Of a DNA stretch of 50,146 nucleotides, positions 16,866-26,027 are shown piece after piece (the stretch's first letter is position 1; each line of letters begins with the position of its first letter). The stretch is from Armatimonadota bacterium (GTDB lineage Bacteria; Armatimonadota; UBA5829; JAUSEB01). The stretch covers positions 1 to 50,146 of the forward strand of contig JAUSEB010000032.1 of NCBI GenBank assembly GCA_030650495.1, given 5' to 3'. The translations under genes and the position numbers were made by a program. The notes beneath the pieces were generated by a model, which was not told the origin of the DNA, did not search any database, and worked only from the letters and a program-made list of their open reading frames with translations.

Positions 16866-19800
16866 ATGAAGGTGAAAGGAACGTTCGCATCCGCGAGCAG
16901 GCCCATAATGGCCGCGCTTGCGTTCTTCTTCTTGTCGGCGGCGTCAGCCGCCGCCGCTCTGGTTTTCGATGATCCATTGACCACCGGGACGACCATCGGC
17001 GTCCGGGACAACGGCCAGGGGCAGTTTGTCTCCGGCGGGTGGAAGGTCACTTCTCACTCGGACAACATCCGCTACACTCCTCCCACCCCAATCGAGGATG
17101 GCGCGGTAGAGTTCGATGTGATTGGCCTCAAGCCGTCGGACACGCAGAATCCCGACGGGATGTTGATGGCCATGTACGACGCCTCGTCCGGCAATCCGCG
17201 TTTTGCCAACAATCTGACCAATCCCTGGCGTTTCGCATGGCATCGTTTCGGCAATGACCCCGGCGGCCATTCAAACGAGTTTAAGATGTTCTTGACGACC
17301 CACGGCATGAATCAGTACGATGATTTCGCCCAACTGGGGGCTTACACTTGGAGCCAGACCGTTACTTATCACTTCAAGGTTACCTGGAGAGACGGCGTTT
17401 TCCGCTACTATGTGAATGGAACCGACGCGAATGAATGGCCGTTCATATACAGAGAAGTCTACCGTCCGGCGACCCACGACATACGCATAGGCTCGGATAC
17501 TACAAATAAGGCTATCACCGACGCTGTTTATTCCAATGTCAAGATTTACGACTACGCGGCGGCGCCGATTGCCCCTTACATCAAAAGCCCCGCCAACGGC
17601 ATATCAAAGAGCCTGACCCCAATCATCGACTGGACGGGAGAGCGGCACGATAGATTTGAAGTACATGTCGCCACGTCAAGCGACCCAAATACTGGGATAG
17701 TATGGGATTCGGGCGAGGTAGTAAGCTCAAACAGCTACTGCGTATCAGGCTCGCTTTTGGATAACACGGCCTACTACACCCACGTCCGCCTGCGCAACGA
17801 CAAAGGCTGGGGAGCATGGGCGAGCAAAGGGTTCACCACAAGCCAAAGCGGAACCGCCCATATCTCAAAATACGGCGAGTATGAGGCGGCTCTCACTACA
17901 ACCAACAACTACGCCAACCCCTATACACAAGTCACCCTTTCCGCCACATTCACCGGCCCGACAAAGACGATAACGGTAAACGGTTTCTGGGACGGGGGGA
18001 ACTTATACAAGATCAGAATGATGCCGACGGAGCCTGGGACTTGGAGTTGGACGACTACGTCAAATGACAGCCAGCTTAACGGCAGGACCGGAAGCTTCGT
18101 CTGCGATGGCTCCACAAGCAAAGGTTATGTCAAAGTCTCAACCGCTTATCCTTACACCTTCGAATGGACCGACGGCACGCCTTTCTTCCTGCTTGGAGAT
18201 ACGATGTGGCATATTTGGTACAACATCCGCTACTCCGACGGCGCGCTCCAGGGCATGATGGACGCCCGGTCGGCCCAGCATTTCAACCAAATACAAGGCG
18301 TATTGCATGCCTATTGCCATAACGAAGGCGGCGGGATATACAGCGTTCAAGACCCCAGCGGCGGCAGATGGGACTGCGATAAGCTGAACCCGGATTACTT
18401 CAAATGGGTGGACGAGAAAGTCAACTACATGAATTCCAAGGGTATCGTCGCGACACTGTTCTTCTCCTGGGGCAATGAAGGCTACAAAGAGTACAATTCG
18501 CCGAACCAGTACATCAACTACATAAAGTATCTCGTTTCGAGGTACGCCTCTAAGAACGTCTTCTGGGTTATCGTAGGCGAGTATGAGGAAGCGGGAGAGT
18601 CGGATAGTAACTGGATATCCTATATGAATACGGTGTATAACAACGACCCGTACAAGCATCCGATCAGCATGCATACCATACATAATACCAATGATTTCGG
18701 CAACGTGACCGCCCACTCTTTCATAGGACAGCAGCACAAGGCTACTTCGCCGCAGATGGGGCAGTATGTCGCCGACTCGCGGATATTCAATAAGCCGGTC
18801 GTGAATTTAGAATACGGTTATGAAAGTACTATCAGCGGCAAACCGATACAATTGGCCGATGAAGTCCGCCAGGACCATTACGCGATTTCGCTTTCGGGTG
18901 GATACGGCGTTTACGGCAACGCTTTGCCCGGTTTTCTTACCTATCATGTCAGCGCCGGTTTCAACCCATTGGCTACCGAAACAATCGGGGCGGAGTATAT
19001 GAAGATACTCTATGAATTCTTCGAGGAGACGAGTTTCCACCGGCTTTCGCCGTCGCAGGGTTTGGTAAGCGCGGGTATTTGCTCCGCCTGGGCCGATAAC
19101 GAATATATCGTCCAGCTTCTGGCCGGAGGAAGCGTGACGGTCAATCTCTCCGCCGCAAGCGGAACCTTCTACGTCGATTGGTTCGACCCAAGAATAGGAG
19201 TGAGATACAGTTCGGGGACGACGACCGGCGGCGCAAGCAGGGTCTTCACCGCCCCCGGCGCGAACGACTGGATACTGCACATACACAAAAACGTCATTCC
19301 GCCCAGGCGCGGCAGGGCCATCGGTTTTGCGGCTGCCGCCGGAGACGGCCGGGTATGCCTGTCCTGGACCAATCCCAGCGATAGTGACTTCACCGGCACT
19401 ATGATTAGATATGACACCGTCGGCTATCCCACCGACCCTGCTGACGGCTTTTTGCTGATCGACAAGGCGAATACGCCCGGTTCAAATGATGCTTATATCC
19501 ACAACGGTTTGACCAACGGGACCAGATACTACTATTCGGCTTTCTCGCACAACGGCGCTCCCGAATACGCGGGAGGGGTGAGCGCATCCGCGATGTCTGC
19601 TCCATGCGCCAATCTAAGCGTCAAAACCGCCGGAAGTATTACCATCGACGGCAACCCGGGCGATTGGAATTTGCCTGAATTTGCCACCTACATCAGGGGA
19701 GGGCAGACCGGGACTGGTGATACGGCGCTTGTCGGTTATGACGGCGGGACCCTCTACTACGGCGGATACTGGACGGGCGGTGTCTTGCCCGCAAGCGCAG

Positions 19801-22118
19801 CCGACCATACGGCCAAAGTATACAGCCGGGCCGATTCGACATACCAATACTTCCTGGTCCGCTGCGATGACGACCAGATGAATTTCGCCAATCCGGCTTC
19901 CGCCAACTGGGCGAACGACTGCGTAGAGTTTTACATCGACCCAAGCAATAACCATGGATCGGCTTCTATCATCAATTCCACATCTGATTTCCAGCTTGTC
20001 ATAGACTGCGACAATCAGAAGAACGTCTATCAGACAACCGGCGGATACGCGACGACTGTCTTAACCGGAGTTACATCATCGGTTGTTAGAGACTCGACAG
20101 GCTGGTGGGCTGAGGTCAGGATACAAAAATCCGCGACCGATCCCAATATGCTTGCAAATGGAATCTTTGGCGTTGACTTCGCTTTCCGCGATAACGACAA
20201 CCCGGACGCCACCTATTTCTACGGCAGCCCGGACGCAAGTACGATGTACGGCTGGAGCGACAACACAATCGGCGCCGGTTTCCCATCTAAGATTCCCGAC
20301 AAATGGGGAGACGCGGTTTTCCTGGATACGACTCCTCCCGCGCCGATTACGAATTTCGCGGCGACTCCCGGCGATCAGCAGATCACTTTATCCTGGACAA
20401 ATCCCAACGACCCTGCTTTTGCCGGAGTAATGATAAGGCATAAGACGACCGGCTATCCCACAAGCGCCACCGACGGCGAATTTGTGCTGAACAGGCTGGA
20501 AGCGCCAGGGGCTAACAGCTCCTTCACTCACATTGGACTCACAAATGGCGTGACTTATTATTACAGAGCGTTTTCCTTCGATTCGGCATCGAACTACAAC
20601 ACATCCACATCAGTAACGGTCTCGTCGTCGCCGATATTCAACGCGCTCTGGCTTAACGAGATATTCGACCCTTACAACAATGGAAATTTGGGCGGCCAGG
20701 GGAACTGGCTTTCCGAGCCTGGCGTCACAAATGCGCAGGTGCAGTCAGCCGTCGCGGCGGGTGGAAGCGGCAAATCGGCATTGCTCGACAGCGCTGCGGC
20801 GGTGGGAACCGTCATGAACACGATCCAGGGTTTCCCCAAGAGAAATTCAGGCTATCAATACCTGAGCTTTGATCTCCTGCTGACTTGGTCCGGCTCCAGC
20901 AGCCTGGTGTATGGCGGCATATCCATATATCCCGATGATTACCCGAACGAGATCGCAAGGCTGGATTGCACGGCGGGGACTTGGACGATTGTGTCGGGAT
21001 CGGGAACCGCGACGCTCCAATCCCCGGTCACGCAAAACACCTGGTACAACATAAAACTCGGCTTCGATTTCACTCAGAGAAGAATAGAGGTCTGGGTAAA
21101 CGGCGTGAAGAAACCGCTGAGCCTTTTCTTCAACGGCAGCGGCACGAACATCTCAAGGATAGTTGTCTCCACAAACCGGGTCACCGCGCTTTCGGCCCAG
21201 AAGCTCTACGTGGACAACATAAGAGGCGAAACCTCTCCTCCCGCCCCGATTGCCGTGACGGACGACGGGGCCTACACCGGCTCTCTCACCAGGCTGCACT
21301 GCTCCTGGACTTCGGGAGGAGTAGGAGCATCCAAATACCAGTACGGCATCGGCACATTGCCGGGATTAGTCAACGTTACAGGCTGGACAAACGTGGAATC
21401 CGCAACGGAAGTGATAGATGACGGCCTCAGCCTCTTGGAAAACAGAACCTACTACTTCACGGTCAAAGCCGGAAACAGTTATGGGGTTTGGAGTTCGGCG
21501 GTGAACTCGAATGGAATAAAGACGGCTTATATTGTGACCCTGCAAGGCTCCAAAAACCTGCCAAACGGCTTACCGACGGAATTTAAGGGAATAAGCGGCG
21601 GTGTGGTCTCGGCGGTTTTCTCTGATTGTTTCTACATACAAGACCCTGATATGCCCTTTGGCCTGAGAGTTACCCCGGCGGCTTCCGTCGCCGTCAGCAA
21701 TGAGGTAGATGTGGCGGGAATTATGAAAGGCGCCAACTCCGAAAGATATATAGACATTACGGGCAACACGCCTATTGTCATAATCCCCGGTCCCGGCGAG
21801 CCTGGTCCTTTGGGGATGACAAACTTCGCTCTTGGCGGCTCTGTTCTTAACGATAAAACTCCGGGAGTTGATGGTGGAGTCGGCTTAAACAACATAGGCT
21901 CACTTGTAAGAGTGTTTGGCAGGGTTAGCCCAATCGATTCCACTAGCTTTTGGGTCGATGACGGCTCCGGCCCGGTGAAGGTCTTGAGTGGAGATTTGGT
22001 GGAGCCGACAGGGACTCCTTATGTCGTAGTAACTGGAATAAGCGTCCTCGACACATCAGTTTCACCCGCCGGAAGGGCGATAAGGCCAAGAACGCAGGCG
22101 GATATAGTGGAGTTTTAA
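16866..22118 (+). CDS. secreted giant multidomain glycoside hydrolase (LamG-like, FN3, DUF5060 + DUF4038/GH140-like, CBM9-like, shared C-terminal module; 1750 aa)
   Basis: Signal peptide MAALAFFFLSAASAAAA. DUF5060-like VTLSATFTGPTKTITVNGFWDGGNLYKIRMMPTEPGTWSW. DUF4038/GH140-like DGTPFFLLGDTMWHI. CBM9-like ITIDGNPGDW..NDCVEFYIDP. Two FN3 domains. The C-terminal ~600 aa are paralogous to 14971-16746. Confidence 0.8.
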   Translation: MKVKGTFASASRPIMAALAFFFLSAASAAAALVFDDPLTTGTTIGVRDNGQGQFVSGGWKVTSHSDNIRYTPPTPIEDGAVEFDVIGLKPSDTQNPDGMLMAMYDASSGNPRFANNLTNPWRFAWHRFGNDPGGHSNEFKMFLTTHGMNQYDDFAQLGAYTWSQTVTYHFKVTWRDGVFRYYVNGTDANEWPFIYREVYRPATHDIRIGSDTTNKAITDAVYSNVKIYDYAAAPIAPYIKSPANGISKSLTPIIDWTGERHDRFEVHVATSSDPNTGIVWDSGEVVSSNSYCVSGSLLDNTAYYTHVRLRNDKGWGAWASKGFTTSQSGTAHISKYGEYEAALTTTNNYANPYTQVTLSATFTGPTKTITVNGFWDGGNLYKIRMMPTEPGTWSWTTTSNDSQLNGRTGSFVCDGSTSKGYVKVSTAYPYTFEWTDGTPFFLLGDTMWHIWYNIRYSDGALQGMMDARSAQHFNQIQGVLHAYCHNEGGGIYSVQDPSGGRWDCDKLNPDYFKWVDEKVNYMNSKGIVATLFFSWGNEGYKEYNSPNQYINYIKYLVSRYASKNVFWVIVGEYEEAGESDSNWISYMNTVYNNDPYKHPISMHTIHNTNDFGNVTAHSFIGQQHKATSPQMGQYVADSRIFNKPVVNLEYGYESTISGKPIQLADEVRQDHYAISLSGGYGVYGNALPGFLTYHVSAGFNPLATETIGAEYMKILYEFFEETSFHRLSPSQGLVSAGICSAWADNEYIVQLLAGGSVTVNLSAASGTFYVDWFDPRIGVRYSSGTTTGGASRVFTAPGANDWILHIHKNVIPPRRGRAIGFAAAAGDGRVCLSWTNPSDSDFTGTMIRYDTVGYPTDPADGFLLIDKANTPGSNDAYIHNGLTNGTRYYYSAFSHNGAPEYAGGVSASAMSAPCANLSVKTAGSITIDGNPGDWNLPEFATYIRGGQTGTGDTALVGYDGGTLYYGGYWTGGVLPASAADHTAKVYSRADSTYQYFLVRCDDDQMNFANPASANWANDCVEFYIDPSNNHGSASIINSTSDFQLVIDCDNQKNVYQTTGGYATTVLTGVTSSVVRDSTGWWAEVRIQKSATDPNMLANGIFGVDFAFRDNDNPDATYFYGSPDASTMYGWSDNTIGAGFPSKIPDKWGDAVFLDTTPPAPITNFAATPGDQQITLSWTNPNDPAFAGVMIRHKTTGYPTSATDGEFVLNRLEAPGANSSFTHIGLTNGVTYYYRAFSFDSASNYNTSTSVTVSSSPIFNALWLNEIFDPYNNGNLGGQGNWLSEPGVTNAQVQSAVAAGGSGKSALLDSAAAVGTVMNTIQGFPKRNSGYQYLSFDLLLTWSGSSSLVYGGISIYPDDYPNEIARLDCTAGTWTIVSGSGTATLQSPVTQNTWYNIKLGFDFTQRRIEVWVNGVKKPLSLFFNGSGTNISRIVVSTNRVTALSAQKLYVDNIRGETSPPAPIAVTDDGAYTGSLTRLHCSWTSGGVGASKYQYGIGTLPGLVNVTGWTNVESATEVIDDGLSLLENRTYYFTVKAGNSYGVWSSAVNSNGIKTAYIVTLQGSKNLPNGLPTEFKGISGGVVSAVFSDCFYIQDPDMPFGLRVTPAASVAVSNEVDVAGIMKGANSERYIDITGNTPIVIIPGPGEPGPLGMTNFALGGSVLNDKTPGVDGGVGLNNIGSLVRVFGRVSPIDSTSFWVDDGSGPVKVLSGDLVEPTGTPYVVVTGISVLDTSVSPAGRAIRPRTQADIVEF

Positions 22119-22172
22119 TGTACATGGTTCCGGATTTGCAATCCGTTCGGGATTAAAAATCCCATTATCATA

Positions 22173-22208
22173 GGTTCCGGTTTTTCAGTCCGGAGCCTTT
22201 TTTATTTT
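22173..22208 (+). terminator. rho-independent terminator after the 1750-aa gene
   Basis: ggttccgg (22173-22180) pairs with tccggagcc (22189-22197), 8 bp including one G-T, followed by ttttttatttt. Confidence 0.7.
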
Positions 22209-22216
22209 AAATCATA

Positions 22217-22245
22217 TTGACCTTCTACCAAGCAAGGTTTAATAT
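22217..22245 (+). promoter_or_regulatory. promoter TTGACC-17-TAATAT for bfr
   Basis: ttgacc at 22217-22222 and taatat at 22240-22245. The ORF-track TTG start at 22217 is the -35. Confidence 0.55.
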
Positions 22246-22306
22246 AGCTTGGAAACAGGTAGTTTATCCAAGTACTTATGAGCCACATCGAGAGAGGAGC
22301 AGTCAA

Positions 22307-22765
22307 GTGAGCAAAAAAGTCATAGATCTACTAAATCAAGCGCGTGAGAGAGAATTGCACGCTATTATGTCCTATATGGTTCAGCATTACGAGCTGGACG
22401 ACGCCGGGTACGACAAGCTCGGCAGCCGGATTAAGGAGATAGCGATAGCCGAGATGAAACACGCTGAAGAGCTTGGGGAGAGAATACTCTTCCTTGGCGG
22501 CGTGCCCGCCACAAAACCGGCGGCGGACGTTAAAAAGGGATTGAGCATTCCAGACATGATGAAGCATGACATCGGCCTGGAAACCGACGCGGTGAAGATG
22601 TATAACAGCTCCGCCGTTACTTGCGCCGCCGAGGGGGACAACGTTTCAAAGGCGATCTTTGAAAAGCTTCTCGATGACGAAGAGGGGCATCTCGACGAGT
22701 TCCAAAAGACTATAGAGCACATCGAGAAACTCGGTGATGTGTATATCAACTCGCTGATCGGTTGA
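22307..22765 (+). CDS. bfr: bacterioferritin
   Basis: Aligns by eye to E. coli Bfr: IAIAEMKHAEELGERILFLGG (with the heme-ligand Met) and LLDDEEGHLDEF. GTG at 22307 is preceded by gagaggag (22292-22299). Confidence 0.9.
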   Translation: MSKKVIDLLNQARERELHAIMSYMVQHYELDDAGYDKLGSRIKEIAIAEMKHAEELGERILFLGGVPATKPAADVKKGLSIPDMMKHDIGLETDAVKMYNSSAVTCAAEGDNVSKAIFEKLLDDEEGHLDEFQKTIEHIEKLGDVYINSLIG

Positions 22766-22812
22766 TGGTTGATGGTTGATGGTTGATGGCCCTGGATTTG
22801 CAATCCAGGGCC
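22753..22812. repeat. GGTTGAT heptamer array (4-5 units) followed by a GC hairpin
   Basis: ggttgat x4 (22760-22787), with the bfr stop TGA at 22763-22765 in the first unit. Then the hairpin ggccctggatttgcaatccagggcc (22788-22812), with no T run after it. Confidence 0.9.
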
Positions 22813-22823
22813 TTGAGGTCTTC

Positions 22824-22843
22824 GTCGGATTTCCGAATCCGAC
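22824..22843. repeat. small palindrome gtcggat..atccgac
   Basis: gtcggatttccgaatccgac. It is related to ccggattcggaaatccgg and ggcgattcggaaatcgcc at 45917-45970. Confidence 0.7.
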
Positions 22844-22921
22844 ACCTCTTATTCCGTTTCGCGCGCGATGGCGTATCAATACTGTCGAAGTTCGATCATT
22901 GGGCTTGTTTTTGGAGGTTTT

Positions 22922-22965
22922 CACCCTCACCCCGGCCCTCCCCCTCCTAACTTCTAACTCCTAAC
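22922..22965 (+). repeat. half C-rich element plus TTCTAAC array (3 units)
   Basis: caccctcaccccggccctccccc, then tcctaac ttctaac tcctaac (22945-22965). Confidence 0.8.
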
Positions 22966-23000
22966 CAGCATCTGTTGCTTCTGCTTGGGTATAAGGAAAT

Positions 23001-25835
23001 ATGAAGCGTGACACTAGTGAGCAAGAAATGCGGTCACAGAGAGAATTCGTGGTCGGTGTCTGGGAAGGGCTTTTGACGGCGTTCGACGCCTGCCCGTCCG
23101 CAACGCTGATTATAGACAAATCAGGAACCATCATCTTCGCAAACAGGTGGGCCAAGGATGTTCTTGGGATGCCGGCTGAGGACCTAATAGGAAAGCCGGT
23201 GGATGAAGTTGGCGCGCGTTTAGCTCACATTGATGGCTCATCTGTAAAGTCAAACGATCTGCCGTTTGCTGTTGCGCTGCGAGAACGCCGCCAGCCGCCG
23301 GATGTCGAACTACTGCTCACGACTCCAAGAGGTAATTCCAAGAAAGTCACAGCAAGCGCGGCGCCATTGTTGGACCAGTCCGGCAAGCTGATCGGCGCGG
23401 CGGTAAGTTTTTATGACACCGCGGAGTGGAAACTAGTTGAGCAGGAGATACGAGACTCAGAACAGCGTTATAAATCCCTGTTTGAAGCAAATCCGCACCC
23501 AATGTGGGTTTACGATCTGCAAACACTTCGTTTTCTTGCGGTCAATGACGCCGCCATTGAACACTACGGATACTCTCGTGAAGAATTCTTATCAATGACC
23601 ATAGCGGACATCCACCCTCCGGAAGATATTCCCGCGCTCTTAAAAAATATCGAGGAAGTAACCGAAGGACTCGATATTGCCGGCGTTTGGAGGCATCGGA
23701 AAAAGGACGGAACTATAATCGATGTGGATATAGTTTCGCATACCTTAGTCTTTGGAGGCAAACGAGCCGAACTCGCCTTAGCCAACGATATTACTGAGCG
23801 AAAGCAAGCTGAAGATGCTCTTAGAGAGAGCGAAGGAAAATATCGAACGGTTGTTGAGCGCGCCAACGACGGCATCGTTATCATTCAAGACAACATTTTG
23901 AAGTATGCTAATCAGAAGGCGGCGGATATGCTTGGCCGTAATATTGAAGAGGGAGTCGGGCTGCCGTATGATAAATTTGTACACCCCGACGAACTTGAAA
24001 AAGTCCACGATGCAAACATCCGGCGGTTCAAAGGCGAGGATGTGCCACCCTACGAAATGGCGATGGTGCACAAAGATGGGTCAAGAGTGGAGGTCGAGAT
24101 CAACGGCGCTCGAATCACTTACCAGGATAAGCCGGCTCTTCTTATAATCATCCGCGATATAACCGAGCGAAAGCATGTGTTGGAGGCGCTGAAGGAGAGC
24201 GAGGAGCGCCTGCAGGCGGTTATTGACAACAGCCCGGCGGTGATCTATGTAAAAGATATTGAAGGCCGAATGGTTTTAGTCAACCGTCAATACGCGGAAT
24301 TACTAGGCGCCTCCAAAGAGCAAATCATCGGCAAGACCGAGTATGAGCTGTTGCCGAGAGAAGCGGTAGATGAGTATCGCGCCCACGATTTGAGAGTTCT
24401 TGAGACCAGAGAGCCGCTCAAATTCGAGGAACAGATTTCTCTTGAGGATATAGTCCGGACTTTCGTATCCGTCAAATTCCCTCTTCGTGATTCAGATGGA
24501 AATATCTATGCGATCTGCGGTGTATCGACCGACATAACCGAGCGCATACAAATGGAAGAGAGGCTGCGACAGACCACATCGGAGCTTGAAGCCATATTCA
24601 GGGCGCTGCCGGATATTTATTTCAGAGTGGACGCCGACGGCGTGATTGTTGATTATAAAGCGGGACGGATGGAAGATTTCTTTGTTTCGCCTGAGGAATT
24701 CCTCGGCAAGAATTACGCGGACGTGCTTCCGCATAGGGTGGCCGAGAAGCTAAAGAAGGGCATCCGGCATGCCGTCGAGACGGAAGACCTGGTTACAGTG
24801 GAATATTCCCTGTCAATGCCAAAGGGTGTTCAAATATACGAAGCGAGGATAGTCCCATTCAAGGATGGACAGATCATTGAGATAATCCGAAATATCACTG
24901 AAACGAGATCGGCTACAGGAGCGGTCGAACGGTCTGAGGCCAAATATAGGGATCTGGTAGAAGACATCTCCGACTGGGTGTGGCAGGTGGATCGTGAAGG
25001 CCGTTACACCTATAGCAGTCCGGCCGTTGAAAAGATACTGGGCTATAAACCAGAGGAGGTAATCGGCAAGTCCGCCTTTGATCTCATTATCCCAGAGGAT
25101 CGCGAGCATAGCTGGAAGGCTTTCCGTGAAGCTTTGGAGCTCGGCAAGGAACTTGAGGCCCTACCCAACCGCAACAGGCATAAGAACGGGTCTGTCCGTC
25201 ATCTTGAAACGAAGGGTTCTCCCGTGTTCGACGACAAAGGCGGCGTCATAGGGTTTAGAGGTATAGATAGAGACGTGACGGACCGGATGGTCGCGGAGGA
25301 AGAGAAGCGCCGGTTCTTCAAGACCACCATCTGGGTGTTCACCGATGGCAAACTGGATATCGTTACGCCGGAGGAAGCCGGGGAACTCTTCCAGGCCGCG
25401 GACATGACGGCCCCTATTACAAATCCAGTAGACGCGAGCGCTGCCAGGCGATCGGTGCGCCAGGCTTTGCAGGACCATGGCCTGGTGGGAGACCGCCTGG
25501 ACGGATTCATAATAGCCGCCGGCGAGGCGATCAGCAACGCCATAAAACATGCCGGCGGCGGTATTGTAAGCTCAGGAATACACGAAGGCAGAGTCTGGGT
25601 TTCTATTGCGGATAAGGGGCCTGGAATGGAACACTTGTGGCTTCCGCGAATCGCCTTGGAGAAGGGCTACTCTACAAAGCCGTCACTTGGCCTCGGCTAT
25701 TCGATCATCCTTGACGCCGCGGATAAAGTATCTCTTTCCACTGGGCCGGAGGGCACTCAAGTAGTGTTGGAGAAGAATCTAATACCCCCTGAGCCTCCCA
25801 CTACGCCTATAGAACTGCTTCCGGATACATGGTGA
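23001..25835 (+). CDS. multi-PAS (about six) sensor protein with C-terminal GHKL ATPase of the RsbW/SpoIIAB serine-kinase type
   Basis: Repeated PAS units are each closed by ..DITERK/DITERI/DVTDR. The C-terminus has an N-box AGEAISNAIKHAGGG, a G1 box ADKGPGM and a G2 box SLGLGYSII. I saw no HisKA H-box or receiver domain. Confidence 0.8.
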   Translation: MKRDTSEQEMRSQREFVVGVWEGLLTAFDACPSATLIIDKSGTIIFANRWAKDVLGMPAEDLIGKPVDEVGARLAHIDGSSVKSNDLPFAVALRERRQPPDVELLLTTPRGNSKKVTASAAPLLDQSGKLIGAAVSFYDTAEWKLVEQEIRDSEQRYKSLFEANPHPMWVYDLQTLRFLAVNDAAIEHYGYSREEFLSMTIADIHPPEDIPALLKNIEEVTEGLDIAGVWRHRKKDGTIIDVDIVSHTLVFGGKRAELALANDITERKQAEDALRESEGKYRTVVERANDGIVIIQDNILKYANQKAADMLGRNIEEGVGLPYDKFVHPDELEKVHDANIRRFKGEDVPPYEMAMVHKDGSRVEVEINGARITYQDKPALLIIIRDITERKHVLEALKESEERLQAVIDNSPAVIYVKDIEGRMVLVNRQYAELLGASKEQIIGKTEYELLPREAVDEYRAHDLRVLETREPLKFEEQISLEDIVRTFVSVKFPLRDSDGNIYAICGVSTDITERIQMEERLRQTTSELEAIFRALPDIYFRVDADGVIVDYKAGRMEDFFVSPEEFLGKNYADVLPHRVAEKLKKGIRHAVETEDLVTVEYSLSMPKGVQIYEARIVPFKDGQIIEIIRNITETRSATGAVERSEAKYRDLVEDISDWVWQVDREGRYTYSSPAVEKILGYKPEEVIGKSAFDLIIPEDREHSWKAFREALELGKELEALPNRNRHKNGSVRHLETKGSPVFDDKGGVIGFRGIDRDVTDRMVAEEEKRRFFKTTIWVFTDGKLDIVTPEEAGELFQAADMTAPITNPVDASAARRSVRQALQDHGLVGDRLDGFIIAAGEAISNAIKHAGGGIVSSGIHEGRVWVSIADKGPGMEHLWLPRIALEKGYSTKPSLGLGYSIILDAADKVSLSTGPEGTQVVLEKNLIPPEPPTTPIELLPDTW

Positions 25836-25958
25836 GGTAGGGGAGTAGAGAGAGTCGAGGGAGTAGAGAGATTGTTGCTTCGGTAGCCTGCTGCCGAAGC
25901 CAGCGCCGAAGGCGCTGAACTCCCTCTCCCTTGACGGGAGAGGGTTGGGGTGAGGGTG
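25836..25958. repeat. composite repeat: GGAGTAG-type heptamers, double-hairpin repeat, C/G-rich hairpin
   Basis: ggtaggggagtagagagagtcgagggagtagagag (25836-25870); ttgttgcttcggtagcctgctgccgaagccagcgccgaaggcgctgaactcc (25872-25923, reverse complement of 4513-4563); ccctctcccttgacgggagagggttggggtgagggtg. Confidence 0.85.
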
Positions 25959-26027
25959 AAAAGTTGTAATCACATCATCCTATCGATAGAAACTATTGAT
26001 CGCGTGCGAAACAGAACTGACAACCAA

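Noticed and set aside
12883-22118. The possibility that the two giant genes are an assembly duplication or collapsed repeat.
   Set aside because: The shared C-terminal modules are clearly diverged at the nucleotide level and the N-terminal halves are unrelated. They are true paralogues.
249-22765. A functional link between the ferredoxin (249-437) and bacterioferritin (22307-22765), as a Bfd-Bfr pair.
   Set aside because: They are 22 kb apart, and the ferredoxin has a 4Fe/3Fe single-cluster motif rather than a Bfd-type [2Fe-2S] motif. There is no evidence for a link.
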